The notes under the pieces are model-generated. The model searched no databases and was not told the DNA's origin. It was given only the letters and a program-made list of their open reading frames with translations. The translations under genes were made by a program, and so were the position numbers. From NCBI RefSeq assembly GCF_009914755.1, contig NC_060930.1: 64,000 nucleotides of DNA. One strand, given 5' to 3'. Below are positions 40,403-53,924 of this stretch, piece after piece; the stretch's first letter is position 1, and every line of letters begins with the position of its first letter. Source of the DNA: the human T2T-CHM13v2.0 reference genome, Homo sapiens.

Positions 40403-42146
40403 TAATTTTTACACTCCTGTAAAAAAAGACAAGTTGTTATATGTATAAGGATCTACTTTGCTCCTTAAAACCTATGCCAGTGTCTCAGTAATAGAGGTAA
40501 GATGAATTATTATAAATCAGAATAAAGCATAATGAATATAGTAAAATTGTGCTTGGAAAAATATCCTAACCACGTGAGATTTGCACACCCAAATTGTCTT
40601 ATATTGTTTAATTTGGCACATTGTTTTTCAAGTTTTATTATTTTTATTAGGAAATACAAAGAATATTAAGTTATTTGCGGGGGTTGGGGCACAATCTTTG
40701 TCTTGAAGTATAACATTTTGGCAAGAGATAGGGTGAGAAAAGAAAAATTCTAAGGAAGTAAAATGATTTGGGTAAAGACCAATTCCCTGTGAGTAATAAT
40801 TGGTGAAAGATACTTTTTTCCTATTTTTCTTCATGACTTGGGACAGAGTTTTAGCCATGAGGGCAGTATTTATTATAATTCAGTGGACATGATGAGGTCT
40901 CCAAAAGTACTTAAACTAGACCTCTAGATTCAATTTAAAGTCATATTCTAATATCTCAAACTAAAAAGAAAATTGTGACTTTTAATTCTACTTCTTTGAA
41001 TTTCTGAGGCAAATTTCAACAAAGATTCAATCATATTTTTAAATTAATTCAATCTTACTTTAAAAACAGTAACGTTTGATACAAATAAATATACAATAAG
41101 GAAAAATCTCTACTTCAGGAAAAAAATCTATCAGCTACTGTTTTATAGTGATCTTAATTTCTTTTAGCACATTCAGTGGCAGAAATTATTTTATTTGATT
41201 GTGTTTTCTTTAGAAAAATATCCTTTTATTAGTTCTTGAACTATTACTAGCTTTCACAACACAAAATTTAAAAGGATTAACTTTCTAATTTGTCAAAATT
41301 ATAATAATAACCCATATTTAAAAGATAATCAGAAAAAAACTTAAGATTTGGACATTGTATTTTTAATTTTTATATTACATGGTAGTTATATCATGTAGTG
41401 ACTTCATTAACAGAGAACTTAGTTCAATAGTTATTTTCATTTTATGTTAATTCCTCAATTATTTGGTTTTATATTATGTAGGACATATAAGGATAAGCAG
41501 GTTATATGTAATTTAATATTTAATCAGCATTTTAATAAAAATAATTGAAGTCAACACTGAAAAGAAATGTGACCTACAACATATCACGGCATAGCAAAGC
41601 TTATTTTTGTAGCATGTGCCAGCAAATACAAGGCACTTGCCGTGATGCACACATACATATCTTCCTAGGCACCTTCATTCATTCTGCTCTCAAATTGTTA
41701 CCTTCAACACTTCGTGCTTTCTTGTTTCCAAACATTGAGATAATAATATTAGCATGATTGTAGACCATTGTTACCAGCCTGAAAGCAAAAAGGGAATTAT
41801 GAGAGTGGTTATCAAGTATTTTGGCAAGAGGAGGGGAAGCTTAGAGTAGAAGTGCCTTTGTATGTTAGAGGTGGGCCTTAGGAAGAAGAGGAGAGCAAAA
41901 GAGATAAATTTGAGTGTGGTTATTCAGAGGAGTTGATATCCGATGTCACAATGATTCTAACAAAATAGATTTCATCATAGTGCTTGACTTTGATACATTT
42001 CGCATTTATCAGGAACTGGGCTCTATCATCTACAGTTTCCCTCTACTCCATCCTTAATCCTCAACCCCTGTACCCTTTTCTCACCATCTCCTTATGTTAA
42101 TTTTGAGTTTAAGAATGTATTGCGGTTTTAAAATAATATTTCAAAG

Positions 42147-42475
<329 letters not shown>

Positions 42476-44689
42476 TTAGTAAATTCACTATGCTAATGCT
42501 TTTATTTTCTCTTTAAAGATTTGTAAAGAAAGAAAGAAAGAAAGAAAGAAATTATATTCTCCCAGTTTCTGGTCTAACATGTAAGGAGCTTGGATGTCAC
42601 CACTCCACCCTAATAAATGTGGAGATGAACGAACTGAAAAATCAACTCTTCTTGGATCTGCAAGAGAAGTGAGGATTCAGGGCAAACCAGTGCCCCCAGG
42701 ATTGGAAAGACAAATAGGCAAAGACAGAGAGTCATGGCTTACTGGAGTACCGATTCATGAACTGAAACATGGGAACAAGTGCTGGGGTAGGAAAAACGGA
42801 ACTGTAATTGACTAATTGCTGGAAACTTAGTGTGGACAAGTATGATAGACAAAAGCTTCCGGTAGACCTAGTCATAGGGGAGCCCATACAATTTTGTGAG
42901 TTTTATCTCCTGGAAAACTACTGAGTTCTCATAGTCAGTACCTGAGAAAAATCCCCTCATGATTCCTGCGGTTGGAAGAGTAAAGGAACCATCTTGAAAT
43001 ATGTCAGATAATTATTTCCTGAGCAAGGTTTGCCCTCAGAAGAAAGTATTTAACTAGAGCTAACTTATCTGGGAAAAGGGAAATATTTAATTCCAGCTGG
43101 CTCTAGCCTTCCACTTGTAAGAAGAGAAATACTAAACTCAAGCCCACTCTAGTCATTAAGGGGTAAGGGGAGAAGATTGAGAAGCACTTGTGAAGTTTAG
43201 TCCTGAGACACACGCTTACTAAAAGACTGAAACCTAATCATAGGACTGTAGAATGCTTTCCCTCCCTACACTCTACCAGCACATTACTAAAGTTCTGTTT
43301 ACAGCAGTATCTTTTACCCAACACATCATGTCTGGCTACATAGAAAAAATTACCAGGTATACTAAAAGGCAAAAAATACAGTTGGAGGAGACAGAGCAGT
43401 CTCCTCAGAATGAGACAGATACGGCAGAGATACTGGAATGATCAGATTGGGATTTTCAAACAACTATAATTAATATGCTAAAGGCTCTTATAGATATAGG
43501 AGACAGAACACAAGAACAAATAGGCAATGTAAGCAGAGAGATGGAAATTCTAAAAAAACCTTAAACGTTAGAGATCAAAAACACTATAACACAAATGAAG
43601 AATGCCTTTGATGGATTAATTGGTAAAGTGGACATAGAGGAAGAATCTCTGAGAATGAGGATATCTCAATGGAAACCTCCAAAGCTGAAAAGGAAAGAGA
43701 AAAAAAGACTTAAAAATGCCCAGAATATGCAATAGCCATGGGAAACTACAAAAGGTGTAAAATACAGGTAATGTGCATAACAGAATAAGAAAAAAGAGAG
43801 AAAGAAACAAATGTTTGAAACAACAATTTCTGAAAACTTCCCCAAATTAATGTCAGACACCAAAACACAGATATGGGAAGTTTAGAGGACACCAAACAGA
43901 GTAAGTGCCCCCAAGCCCACACACCCAGGTATGTCATATTCAAACTACAGAAAATCAAAGATAAAGAAAAAATCATGAAAGAAGCCAGAGGGCGGGGAAA
44001 CATACGCTTAGAGGCCAAAGATAAGAATTACATCTGACTTTCAGAAACCAGGCAAGGAAAAAAACTAAAAGCAAAAACAAAATATTTAAAATATATTTAA
44101 AGTGTGAAGTTAAATATTTAAAGTGTTAAGAGTAAAAACCCACCAACCTAGAATTCCATTCCCTGAAAAACTATTCTTTAAAAGTGAGGGAGAAATAAAA
44201 ATCTTTTCAGATAAACAAAAATTGAGGGAATTTGCTGCTAATAGATCTACCTTGTAAGAAATGTTTTTAAAAAGTTATTTAGAAAATAGGAAAAAGATAC
44301 AGGTCATAAACTCATGTCTACATTACAGATTAAATAATTGAAGGTAAAATAAAACTTTTATTTTTCTTATTACTAATTGTTCTAACAGATTTTGTTCCAA
44401 ATAATAATGACAACAATGTATTTGATTATGTATGTTTATGTGTATATATGACATATATAATGTATGTATAATAGATTATATATATGCTTATATACCGTGA
44501 AATGAATTACATCAACGATACAAGGGATGGGAGAGAGGAATTAGAATTATTTTGTTATTATAAAGTATTTACGCTTCCCATGAAATGGTATAATATAGAG
44601 TTATTTGAAAGTGAATTTGGATTACTTGTAAATGCTTATTGGAAACTCTATGGCAACTACTAAAAAAAAATTAAGAGAATAATATATAG

Positions 44690-44880
44690 TTTCAACTTGT
44701 TAGAAGGAGGATGTCGAATGTTCCCAATACAAAGAAATGATAAACATTTGAGATGCTAGATATGCTAATTACCTTGATCTGATTACTATAAAATATATGT
44801 ATTAAAATAACACTAAGTACCCCGTAAGTATGAATAATCATTATTTGTTGATTAAACGATACAATTTAAAAAGCAAAAAA
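44690..44880 (+). mobile_element. Short L1MA 3' tail nested in the L1MC
   Basis: GAATGTTCCCAATACAAAGAAATGATAAA...TATGCTAATTACCTTGATCTGAT plus A-rich end. Confidence 0.75.
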
Positions 44881-46847
44881 GAAGTATAACTGATGTACTA
44901 AGAAAAGAGATAGCGTGGAATTATATAAGATACTCAAAACCACTTTTGTGGTATTTTGCCTTTTGGCAGAGAGAGTGAAAGACAAATGTAAGAAAAATGA
45001 ATAAGAGCAACACAGAAGAAACAGTAACAATTATGGTAGATTTTAATCCAATCATATTAATATTACTTTGAATTTCAGTGGTCTAAGTACACCTATTAAA
45101 AGACAGAGATTGTCAGAGTATATCAATAAACAAGACCCAACTATAAGTTGTCTATAAGAAACCCACTTTAAATATAAAGACACATATAGATTAAAAGAAA
45201 ATCGATGAAGAAAGGTTTGCTGTGCCAACAGTAATGAAAAGAAATTAAGAATACCTATTTTCATTTCAGACAGAGCAGACTTCAGAGCAAAGGAAGTTAT
45301 CATGAATAAAGAGGGGCATTACTTAATGATAAAGGGGTCATTTCTCCAAGAAAATACAACAATTCTTAATGAATATGTGCTTAATAAGTATGCATCATTG
45401 CAACAAAGTGTCAAAATACATGAGAAAAAATGTTATAAAATCACAAAAAGAAATAGAGGATTCCACTATTATAGCTCTTCTATTAGAAATGGACAGATTC
45501 AGCAGGCATAAAATCAGAAAGCACATAGTTGAACTGAACAACACTATCAAACAAATGGATATAATTGACAATCTATAGATTATTTAACTTAACAACTGCA
45601 GAATACACATTCTTCTTAAGCTTATGTGGAACATTCACCAAGAGAGATCACATTCTGAACCACAGAACACACTTTAACAAATTGAAAGAATAGAAAACAA
45701 ATGGCTGCTCTAAAACTACAATTGAATTTAACTAGCAGTCAATAACAGAAAGATAACTGGAAAATCCCAGAACACTCGGAGGTTAAGCAACGCGCTTCTA
45801 AGTAATACATGGGTGAAAGAAGTCTCAAGAGAAAATTTTAAATTATTTTTAACTAAATGAAAATGAAAACACAACATATAAAAATTTGTGGGATATAGTA
45901 TAAGCACTACTTAGAGAAAAATTATAGCATTAAGTGTACATATTAGGAAAGAAGAAAGATCTAAAATCAATAATTTAAGATTCTCCCTTAGAAAATTAGA
46001 AAAGGAGAGCAAATTTAATTCAAAGAGAAGAAATCCAACAAAAATCAATAAAATTGAAAATTGAGAAGCAATAGAGAAAAACGAAGAAAACAATAGCTGA
46101 CTTTGTTGATCTTTAAGAAGATCAATATATCAATAACCCCCTAACCAGTCTAAAAAAAAAGAGAGAAGGGAAAAAAATGACTAATAGCAGAAATGAAAGA
46201 GGAGTATTACTGTGGATTCCATGGATATTAAATGGAAGGTAAAGGAGTACTATGAAGAGCTCTATGCCCTTAGATTTGATAATTCACATAAAATTAATCA
46301 ATTCCTCAAAAGACACAATCAGCAAAACTTACACAAAGAGAAATAAGTGATCTGAATAGGCTTCTATGTATTAGAATACTTAATTAACAACTTTCCAAAG
46401 GAAAAAGCATCAGGTCCAGATTGGTTCACTGGTGAATTATAAACAACATTTAAGAAAGAAATTATACCATCTCTTTCAGAATATACAATCTCTTTCAGAA
46501 GACAGAAGCAAAGAGAATACTTTCTAACTCACCTTATTAGACCAGAGTTACCCTAATACCAAGACTTGACGATGACATTACAAGAAAATACTGCAGATCA
46601 AAATCTTTCAGGAACATAGGTGCAGAAATTCTCAACAAAATATTATGGAATCCAACAATGCATGAAAAACACTACACCACAACCAAATGGTATTTATCCC
46701 AGGTATGCAAAACTGGTCCAACATTGAAAAATGAACTAATGTAATCCATCATATCAAGAGGCTAATACAAATCACATACTCATAGATGCAGAAAAAGCAT
46801 TTGATAACATCTGACGCTCATTCATGATGAAAACTCCCAGTAACATA

Positions 46848-47879
46848 TAACCTGCAGAATGAGAGAAAGTATTTGAAAACTATGCATCTGACAAAAGTCT
46901 AATATCCAGCATCTATATGGAGCTTAAACAAATTTACAAGGAAAAACAACCCCATTAAAAAGGGGGTGAAAAAGATAAACAGAGACTTTTCAAAAGAAGA
47001 CACAGATGCAGCAAACAAGCGTATTTTAAAAAGCTCCATATCCACATGCTTACCTGTGTAACAAACCTGCAGATCCTGCACATGTACCCCATAATTTAAA
47101 ATTTAAAAAAAGTTCCATATCATTGATGATTATAGAAATGCAAATCAAAACCACAATGAGATACCATCTCACACCAGTAAGAGTGACTATTATTAAAAAG
47201 TCAAAATGTAACAGATGATGGTGAGCTTGCCGAAAAAAGGGAATGCTTATACACTGATGGTGGGAGTGTAAATTAGTTCAACCATTGTGGAAAGCAGTGT
47301 GGTGATTCCTCAAATAGCTAAAAATGGAACTATCATTTGACCCAGCAATCCCATTACTGAGTATATACCCAAACGAATATAAATCATTCTACCATAAAGA
47401 CACATGCACACATATGTTCATTGCAACACTATTCACAATAATTCCAAAAACATGGAATCAACCTAAATGCCCATCAATAGCAGACTGGATAAAGAAAATG
47501 TGGTATGTATACATGATGGAATACTATGCAGCCATAAAAAGAATGAGATCACATCTTTTACAGGAACATGGATGGAGCTGGAGGTCATTATCCATAGCAA
47601 ACTAATGCAGGAACAAAGAAACAAATATTGTGTGTTCTCACGTGTAAGTGGAAGTTAATGATGAGAACACATTGACACTAAAAGGAGAACAATAGACACT
47701 GGAGCCTGAGGGTGAAGGTTGGGAGGAGGGAGAGAATTAGAAAAAAATAACTATTGGGTACTAGGCTTAGTGTCTTGGTGATGAAATAATCTGTAAAGCA
47801 AACTCCTGTGACACAAATTTACTTGTATAACAAACCTGCATATATACTCCTGAACCTAAAATAAAATTTAAAAAAAAAA
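46848..47879 (+). mobile_element. L1PB/older L1PA 3' end nested in L1MC ORF2
   Basis: ORF2 C-terminus (ORF 47324..47605) plus 3'UTR and A tail. The host RT sequence resumes at ~47880. Confidence 0.85.
47043..47106 (+). mobile_element. 64-bp L1PA 3' tail with a 15-bp TSD
   Basis: TTACCTGTGTAACAAACCTGCAGATCCTGCACATGTACCCC flanked by AAAAAG(C/T)TCCATATC at 47028 and 47107. Confidence 0.85.
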
Positions 47880-48499
47880 CGAGTAAAATAGGAATACAGG
47901 GAAACTTCTTCAACTTGATAAAGAATATCTACAAAAAATCCTGCAACTAACATAATTCTTTTTGGTAAAAACTACAAGTTTTCCCACTAAGATCAGGAAC
48001 AAAGCAAGGATGTACCTTCTTACCATTGCTTGTCAACATCATACTGGAAGTACAAGCTAATGCAATAAGACAAGACAATAAAGGAAGAGGATACATATTG
48101 AAAAGAAAGAAGCAAAACGGTCTTTGTTTGCAGCCGACATGATTGCCTATGCAGAAAATCTGAAATAATTGACAAAAACTTCTGGAACTAATAAATGATT
48201 ATAACAAGGTTGTAGGATACGGGGTTAACATATAAAAGTCAATAGCTTTCTATGTACCAGAAATGAACAAATGGAATTTGAAATTAAAAACACAATACCA
48301 TTTACAAAACACTCCTGAAAATGAAATGCGTAGATATAAATCTAACAAATGAGAAAAATGAGAGAACATAGAAAAAGGTCTAACTAAATGGAGAGTTATT
48401 CCATGTTAACTGAGAGAAAGACTCAATATTGTCAAGATGGCAGTTGTTTCAAACAATCTATAGGTTCAATGCAATCTAAATCAGAGTCTCAGCAAGTTA

Positions 48500-49012
48500 T
48501 TTTTTATGCTATGTATTTCAACATTTATTTTAGATTTGGGGGTATTTTGTGTGATGCTGATATTTGCTGTATGAATAATCCCATCACCCAGGTACTGGGC
48601 ATAGTACACAACAGTTAGTTTTTCAACCCTTGCCCCCTCCCTCTCTCTTTCCTCTAGTAGTCCTCAGTTTCTGTTATCATCTTCATGTCCACGAGTACCC
48701 AACTTTTAGCTCTCACTTATAAGTGAGAACATGCTGCATTTGATTTTCTGTTCCTGTGCTAATTTACTTAGGACAATGGCCTCCAGCTGCCTCCATGTTG
48801 CTGCAAATGACATCATTTTATTCTTTTTTATGGTTGTGTTGTATTAAATGGTGTATACATACCACATTTCCTTTATTCAATCTACACTTGATGGGCACCT
48901 AGGTTTATTCCATGTCTTTGCTGTTGTGAGTCATGCTGCAATGAGCTACTGCATGTATCTTTTTGGTATGATAATTTGTTTTCTTTTGAATGTATCTCAG
49001 TAAAGGGATTTT
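48500..49012 (-). mobile_element. L1PB-like 3' end, antisense, nested in L1MC ORF2
   Basis: AATCCCATCACCCAGGTA, CTCTCACTTATAAGTGAGAACATGC, GATGGGCACCTAGGTT. Confidence 0.85.
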
Positions 49013-49017
49013 GGCAA

Positions 49018-49018
<1 letters not shown>

Positions 49019-49067
<49 letters not shown>
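49019..49067. repeat. (CA)n microsatellite, about 24 units
   Basis: Directly visible. Confidence 0.97.
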
Positions 49068-49071
<4 letters not shown>

Positions 49072-51379
49072 GATTCTAAAGTTCATATGTATAGGCAAAA
49101 GAATAGCTGACATAATACTAAGAACAAAGTTGAAGGGCTGATACTACCCTACTTCAAGATTTAGCATAAAGCTATACTAATGAAAACAGTGCTGTATCGG
49201 CAAAAGAACAGATAAGTATATCAGTCGGAAAGAATGAAGAGTCAGAAGTAGACCTACATAAATATAGTCAACTGATCTTGGACAAAAGAAGAAAGGCAAT
49301 ACAATGGAGAAAGTCTTTTTAATAAATGATGTTGGAACAATTGGACACTTGCATGCAAAAAAAAAAAAAAAACTAGATGCAGACTTTACAACTTTCACGA
49401 AAGTTATCTCTAAATGAATTGCAAATCTAAATGTAAAACATGAAACTGTAAAGCTCTGAGAAGATAACATAGGAGAAAATTTAGGTGACCTTGATTTTGG
49501 AGATGATTTTTTAGATACAACACAAAAGTCGTGATCCATGAAAAACGGATTGGTAGGCGGGACTTCATTAAAATTAAAGTGATTTTTTTTTCTGCAAAAG
49601 ATACTGCCAAAGAATAAAATGATAGGCCACAGATTAGGAGAAAATATTTTCAAAAGATGTATCCAATAAAGAATTGTTATCAAAAATATACAAAAACCTT
49701 TAAAAACATAACAATGAGAAAAGTAACAAACATTTAAAAATGAGCAAGAGATCTGAACACATACATTGCCAAGGAAGGTATACAGATCACAAATAAGCAT
49801 TTGAAAAAATCTTCCACATAATAAAAAATCAGAGAATGTAAATTAAAATAATAATGAGATATCATATACTTATTAGAATAATCAAAATCCACGACACTGA
49901 TAGCACCACATGCTAGTGAGGACATGCTTCGACAGGAGCTCTGATTCATTGCTGGTGGCAGCACAAAATGGCACAGCCATGTTGAAAGAAAATTTCACAA
50001 TTTCTTACAAAACATAACATATTCTTACTATGCAATCAGCAATTGAGCTTCTTGGTATTTACCCAAAGTTGAATACTTATGTTCACGCAAAAAATTGCAC
50101 AAAATCATTTATAGAAGCTTCATTAATAATTGCCAAAACTTGAAAGCAACCAAGATGCGCTTCAATAGGGAAATGGATAAATTGTAGCACATCCTGACAA
50201 TGGAATGTTATTCAGTGCTAAAAAAAAACAATGAACTATCAAGCCATGAAAATACATGGGTGAAACTAAACTGCTTATTTCTAAATAAAAGAAGCCAGTT
50301 AAAAAGGCTACGTCCTGGATAATTCCAACTATTTAATTAATATTCTGGAAAAGCCAAAACTAAGACAACTGTAAAAATATCAGTGGTTGCCAGGAATTGT
50401 GTGGAGGAAGTGATAGGAGGGGCCACAGCATGTTCTGGGCAATGAAACTACTCTGTACAATACTGTAATGGTGGATACATGTCATTATACTTTTGTCCAA
50501 GTCCACAGAATGTACAATATCAAGAGTGAACCCTAAGGTAAACTATGGACTCTGGGCAATAATGATGTGTCAAGACAGGTTTATCAGTTCTAACAAATGT
50601 ACCCCTCTGATGGACTATGTGGGTAATGGGGACGACTATGAATGTGTGGAGTAGGGAATGTATGGAAAATTTCTGTTTTTTTTTTCTCTCAATTTTGCCG
50701 TGAACCCAAAACTGTTCTAAAAATGTGAGGTCTAATAATTTTTAAAAAATATTTCAATTCTGAATTAAAATACTCTAATATTCTGCTTTGAGGATTATTT
50801 TGCACATTTTCTGGGACATACAATTCTTGTTGGAAACAATCAAAGAAAGCTGAGCTTTGGTTTCCTGAATGCTATATGAGATCTGCCATCAAAATACTCT
50901 GGTTTTGATAATACCCCAGGGTAACTTTCCTATGTACTCGACTCTGTCATGTGGGGAAAGATTTTCTTGCTAACTGTACCAATAAATAATTAGACCAATA
51001 GCAAAAGATTCTGTGGAAGGTCTTAAAGAGTCTCAGCTGAGAAGAACCAACAGTTATTCTTCTGTTCCCGTAATTACTGGGGCATTGTTGTGGATCATAG
51101 AACTTGACAAGCAGTCCCTAGCTCACAGGTCATAGCTATATTTTCCTTCTGCTATGGAAATACTGAGATTTGTCATTCTCCCATAGTTCTATTATGGTCA
51201 TACTTGACATTCCCTTGTTTCCTTAGCATGCAGATGGCCATAGTACGCAACTAGGCAAATTCCCAGAAAGGGTCAGCTGTGAAAGTCCAGTTTAAGATTT
51301 AAGGTAGGTCTCCAGAGCAAGTTGGCAAGTTTAGGTAACTAATTAAGATAAGTACTGTACATGAAGAGGGTTGTTTTAA

Positions 51380-51518
51380 ATCTATGCCTACTAAACTATA
51401 AGTTCTATGAGGACAATAACATTGCTTCTCTGTTTTCCCAAAGTATTTGACTAGCTTTACAGCACCACACATATATTTGGCACTCAGTCAATTATATTAA
51501 ATGTATGAATGATTGAAT
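51380..51518 (+). mobile_element. L2 3' end fragment
   Basis: ACTATAAGTTCTATGAGGACA...GGCACTCAGT...TGAATGATTGAAT. Confidence 0.6.
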
Positions 51519-51538
51519 AGGCAATAGATGAGTATCAG

Positions 51539-51876
51539 TTTGTTTCTTTGTTTTTTGAGACAGAGTCTCACTCTGTCACTCAAGTGTGCAGTGTCATGAT
51601 CTTGGCTCACTGTAGCCTCAACCTCCCATGCTCAAGTGATCCTCTCACCTCAGCCTCCCTAGTAGCTGAGAGTATGTGCACACACCACCACGCCTGGCTA
51701 ATTTTTTATTTTTTATTTCTTGTAGTGACAGTGTCTCACTATTTTGCCTAGGCTGGTCTTGAACTTCTACATTCAAGCGATCCTCCCACCACAGTCTCCC
51801 AAAGCGACTCAAGCAATCTTCTCACCTAAGTCTCCCTAAGTGCTGTGATTACAGGCATGAGTCACTGCACCCAGCC
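51539..51876 (-). mobile_element. AluJ SINE with an internal ~36-bp duplication
   Basis: GCTCAAGTGATCCTCTCACCTCAGCC and GTCTCACTATTTTGCCTAGGCTGG; duplicated segment 51772-51842. Confidence 0.88.
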
Positions 51877-52936
51877 CCATGAGTGTGGGTTTTTATGTCT
51901 GTAGTTATTTACTACCTTCTTCCAGAAAAGACAAAAGGCAAATAAGTATTTAAGAGAAACTTAGCAAATTAGAGCTTTTGAACCCTGGGACCTGGGTTAT
52001 TTGCTCTAATCCCAGTTTCATAACACTTGTCAGGTTGAGTGAAGACTAGGTCCACTGGTATAAACAGTGGGAACTCGGAGGACAGCCAATAACAGTCGAG
52101 TCAGATAAAGATGCAAAATCACAGGAATCTAAAGTAGAATAAAGAAAGTAAAACACTACGGAACCTAAACATATTTGTAGTGACAATTTTAGTGTGCTGC
52201 TCTTTGATGGCTCTTATGGCCCACTGGCTTTATTTCTCATTGTAGAATTTACATCATCTTGTATCATTATTTCAAACCCAACAGGGAAATTAGAAGATGA
52301 GCTTAAATAGCACTGAAATATTCTGAGACAAAAAAATTAGGTAGTGGCTAGACACCTATTTAAATGCTTATGCCTGGAGACAGATTCTATATTGCATTTA
52401 AATGGTACATGAGAAAAAAATGAGGAAATTTTAATGACAGAGACAAAATAGTTTTAAAATTTAAAGCAAAACACTTCTGTAATTAATACTTTTTCCTAAA
52501 ATATGAACAGCATGTGAATTTAGTAAATTATATAGTTTCTAAAACTAATGCAATTTAATTATAATGCTTCCCTTTTGTGTAATACTTTGTCTTACTTTGC
52601 ATATATTTCTATTACCAACTTATTGATTCTTTTTGCCAGGAAGACATTGGTTTTTAGTTTTTATTTGTTATTTTTACCTCTTACTTATATAGGCAGTTTC
52701 TCTTTTCTGAACATGTTTAAGCTTATTCCATTCCTGTAGCAATGTGTGTTCTACAATGAGGAGCCTGTTTTTTCCTGTGGGACACAAAATGATTAATGTC
52801 AGTGGAGAATAATGTATTTTCATATATCACAAATTGTCTAAGGTTGCAAGAACTCAGAATGCAATGATATTAAAGAGATACTGACAATTGGTCATTATAG
52901 ATAGAAATAGTGCCTATTCAGATATACTTCCTGTGA

Positions 52937-53241
<305 letters not shown>

Positions 53242-53924
53242 TGGTTTACTCTTGAGGTAAAATAATATATCTTCCCAATCAGAAAACATGAAGGTTATTT
53301 CAATTTAATTTTTATAAATGTTATAAAAGAAACCAGACAAGTCTAAAGATTCGGGGCATCATATATTAATTTGTTTTAAAGATTGGAAAGAAAGATATAT
53401 TTTTCTTACTCCTAGATAAAATAAATAATTTTGTTTATGAGGTACTTTCAAATCGTAATCTTTTGTATGCTTAATAATTATGAAGCAATGAGTAGAAAAG
53501 ACCAAGACCAAACTGATTGAAAACGTTAACAAACATACGCATAATCCAGAAGTTTCTCAATCAGTAAATTACTAAGAAATTATTTTGTTTTTAAGGAATT
53601 AGAACAATTTACAATTTCATAATGCATGAATGTTTTCTCTGTCCCCTCCTTTTTTGTTGTTTTGGTTTCAGCATATACAGTATATATGGTCCTGAGTTAC
53701 AGATATATTTTATAGTCAAAACAAAATTGGATTTTAAGAGGTATTTTCTCTTGCACTTTAGATTGCTTTATCATACCCTTAAACTTCAGAGAGAAAACGG
53801 CTCCTCCAGTCTAGCAGTTTCTTTGACTAAGCAGTCATTATATCCAATATTTGCTCTTTGCTATCTATTTTCCTCTGAAAGATATGCGAATTTACATATC
53901 TATGGCTAAAAGTACTGTTATTCG

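Larger units (their letters stand above)
42565..50750 (+). mobile_element. Near-full-length ancient LINE-1, L1MC1-like, with nested insertions
   Basis: 5'UTR ~42565-43300, ORF1 remnants ~43400-44300 and ORF2 from ~45030 (KEGHYLMIKGS). The 3'UTR CCAAGTCCACAGAATGTACAA...GAGTGAACCCTAAGGTAAACTATGGAC matches my recall of L1MC1. Confidence 0.85.

Noticed and set aside
49177-49800. Longest ORF in the track (207 aa, minus strand)
   Set aside because: Antisense to decayed L1MC ORF2; composition reflects A-rich L1 sequence.
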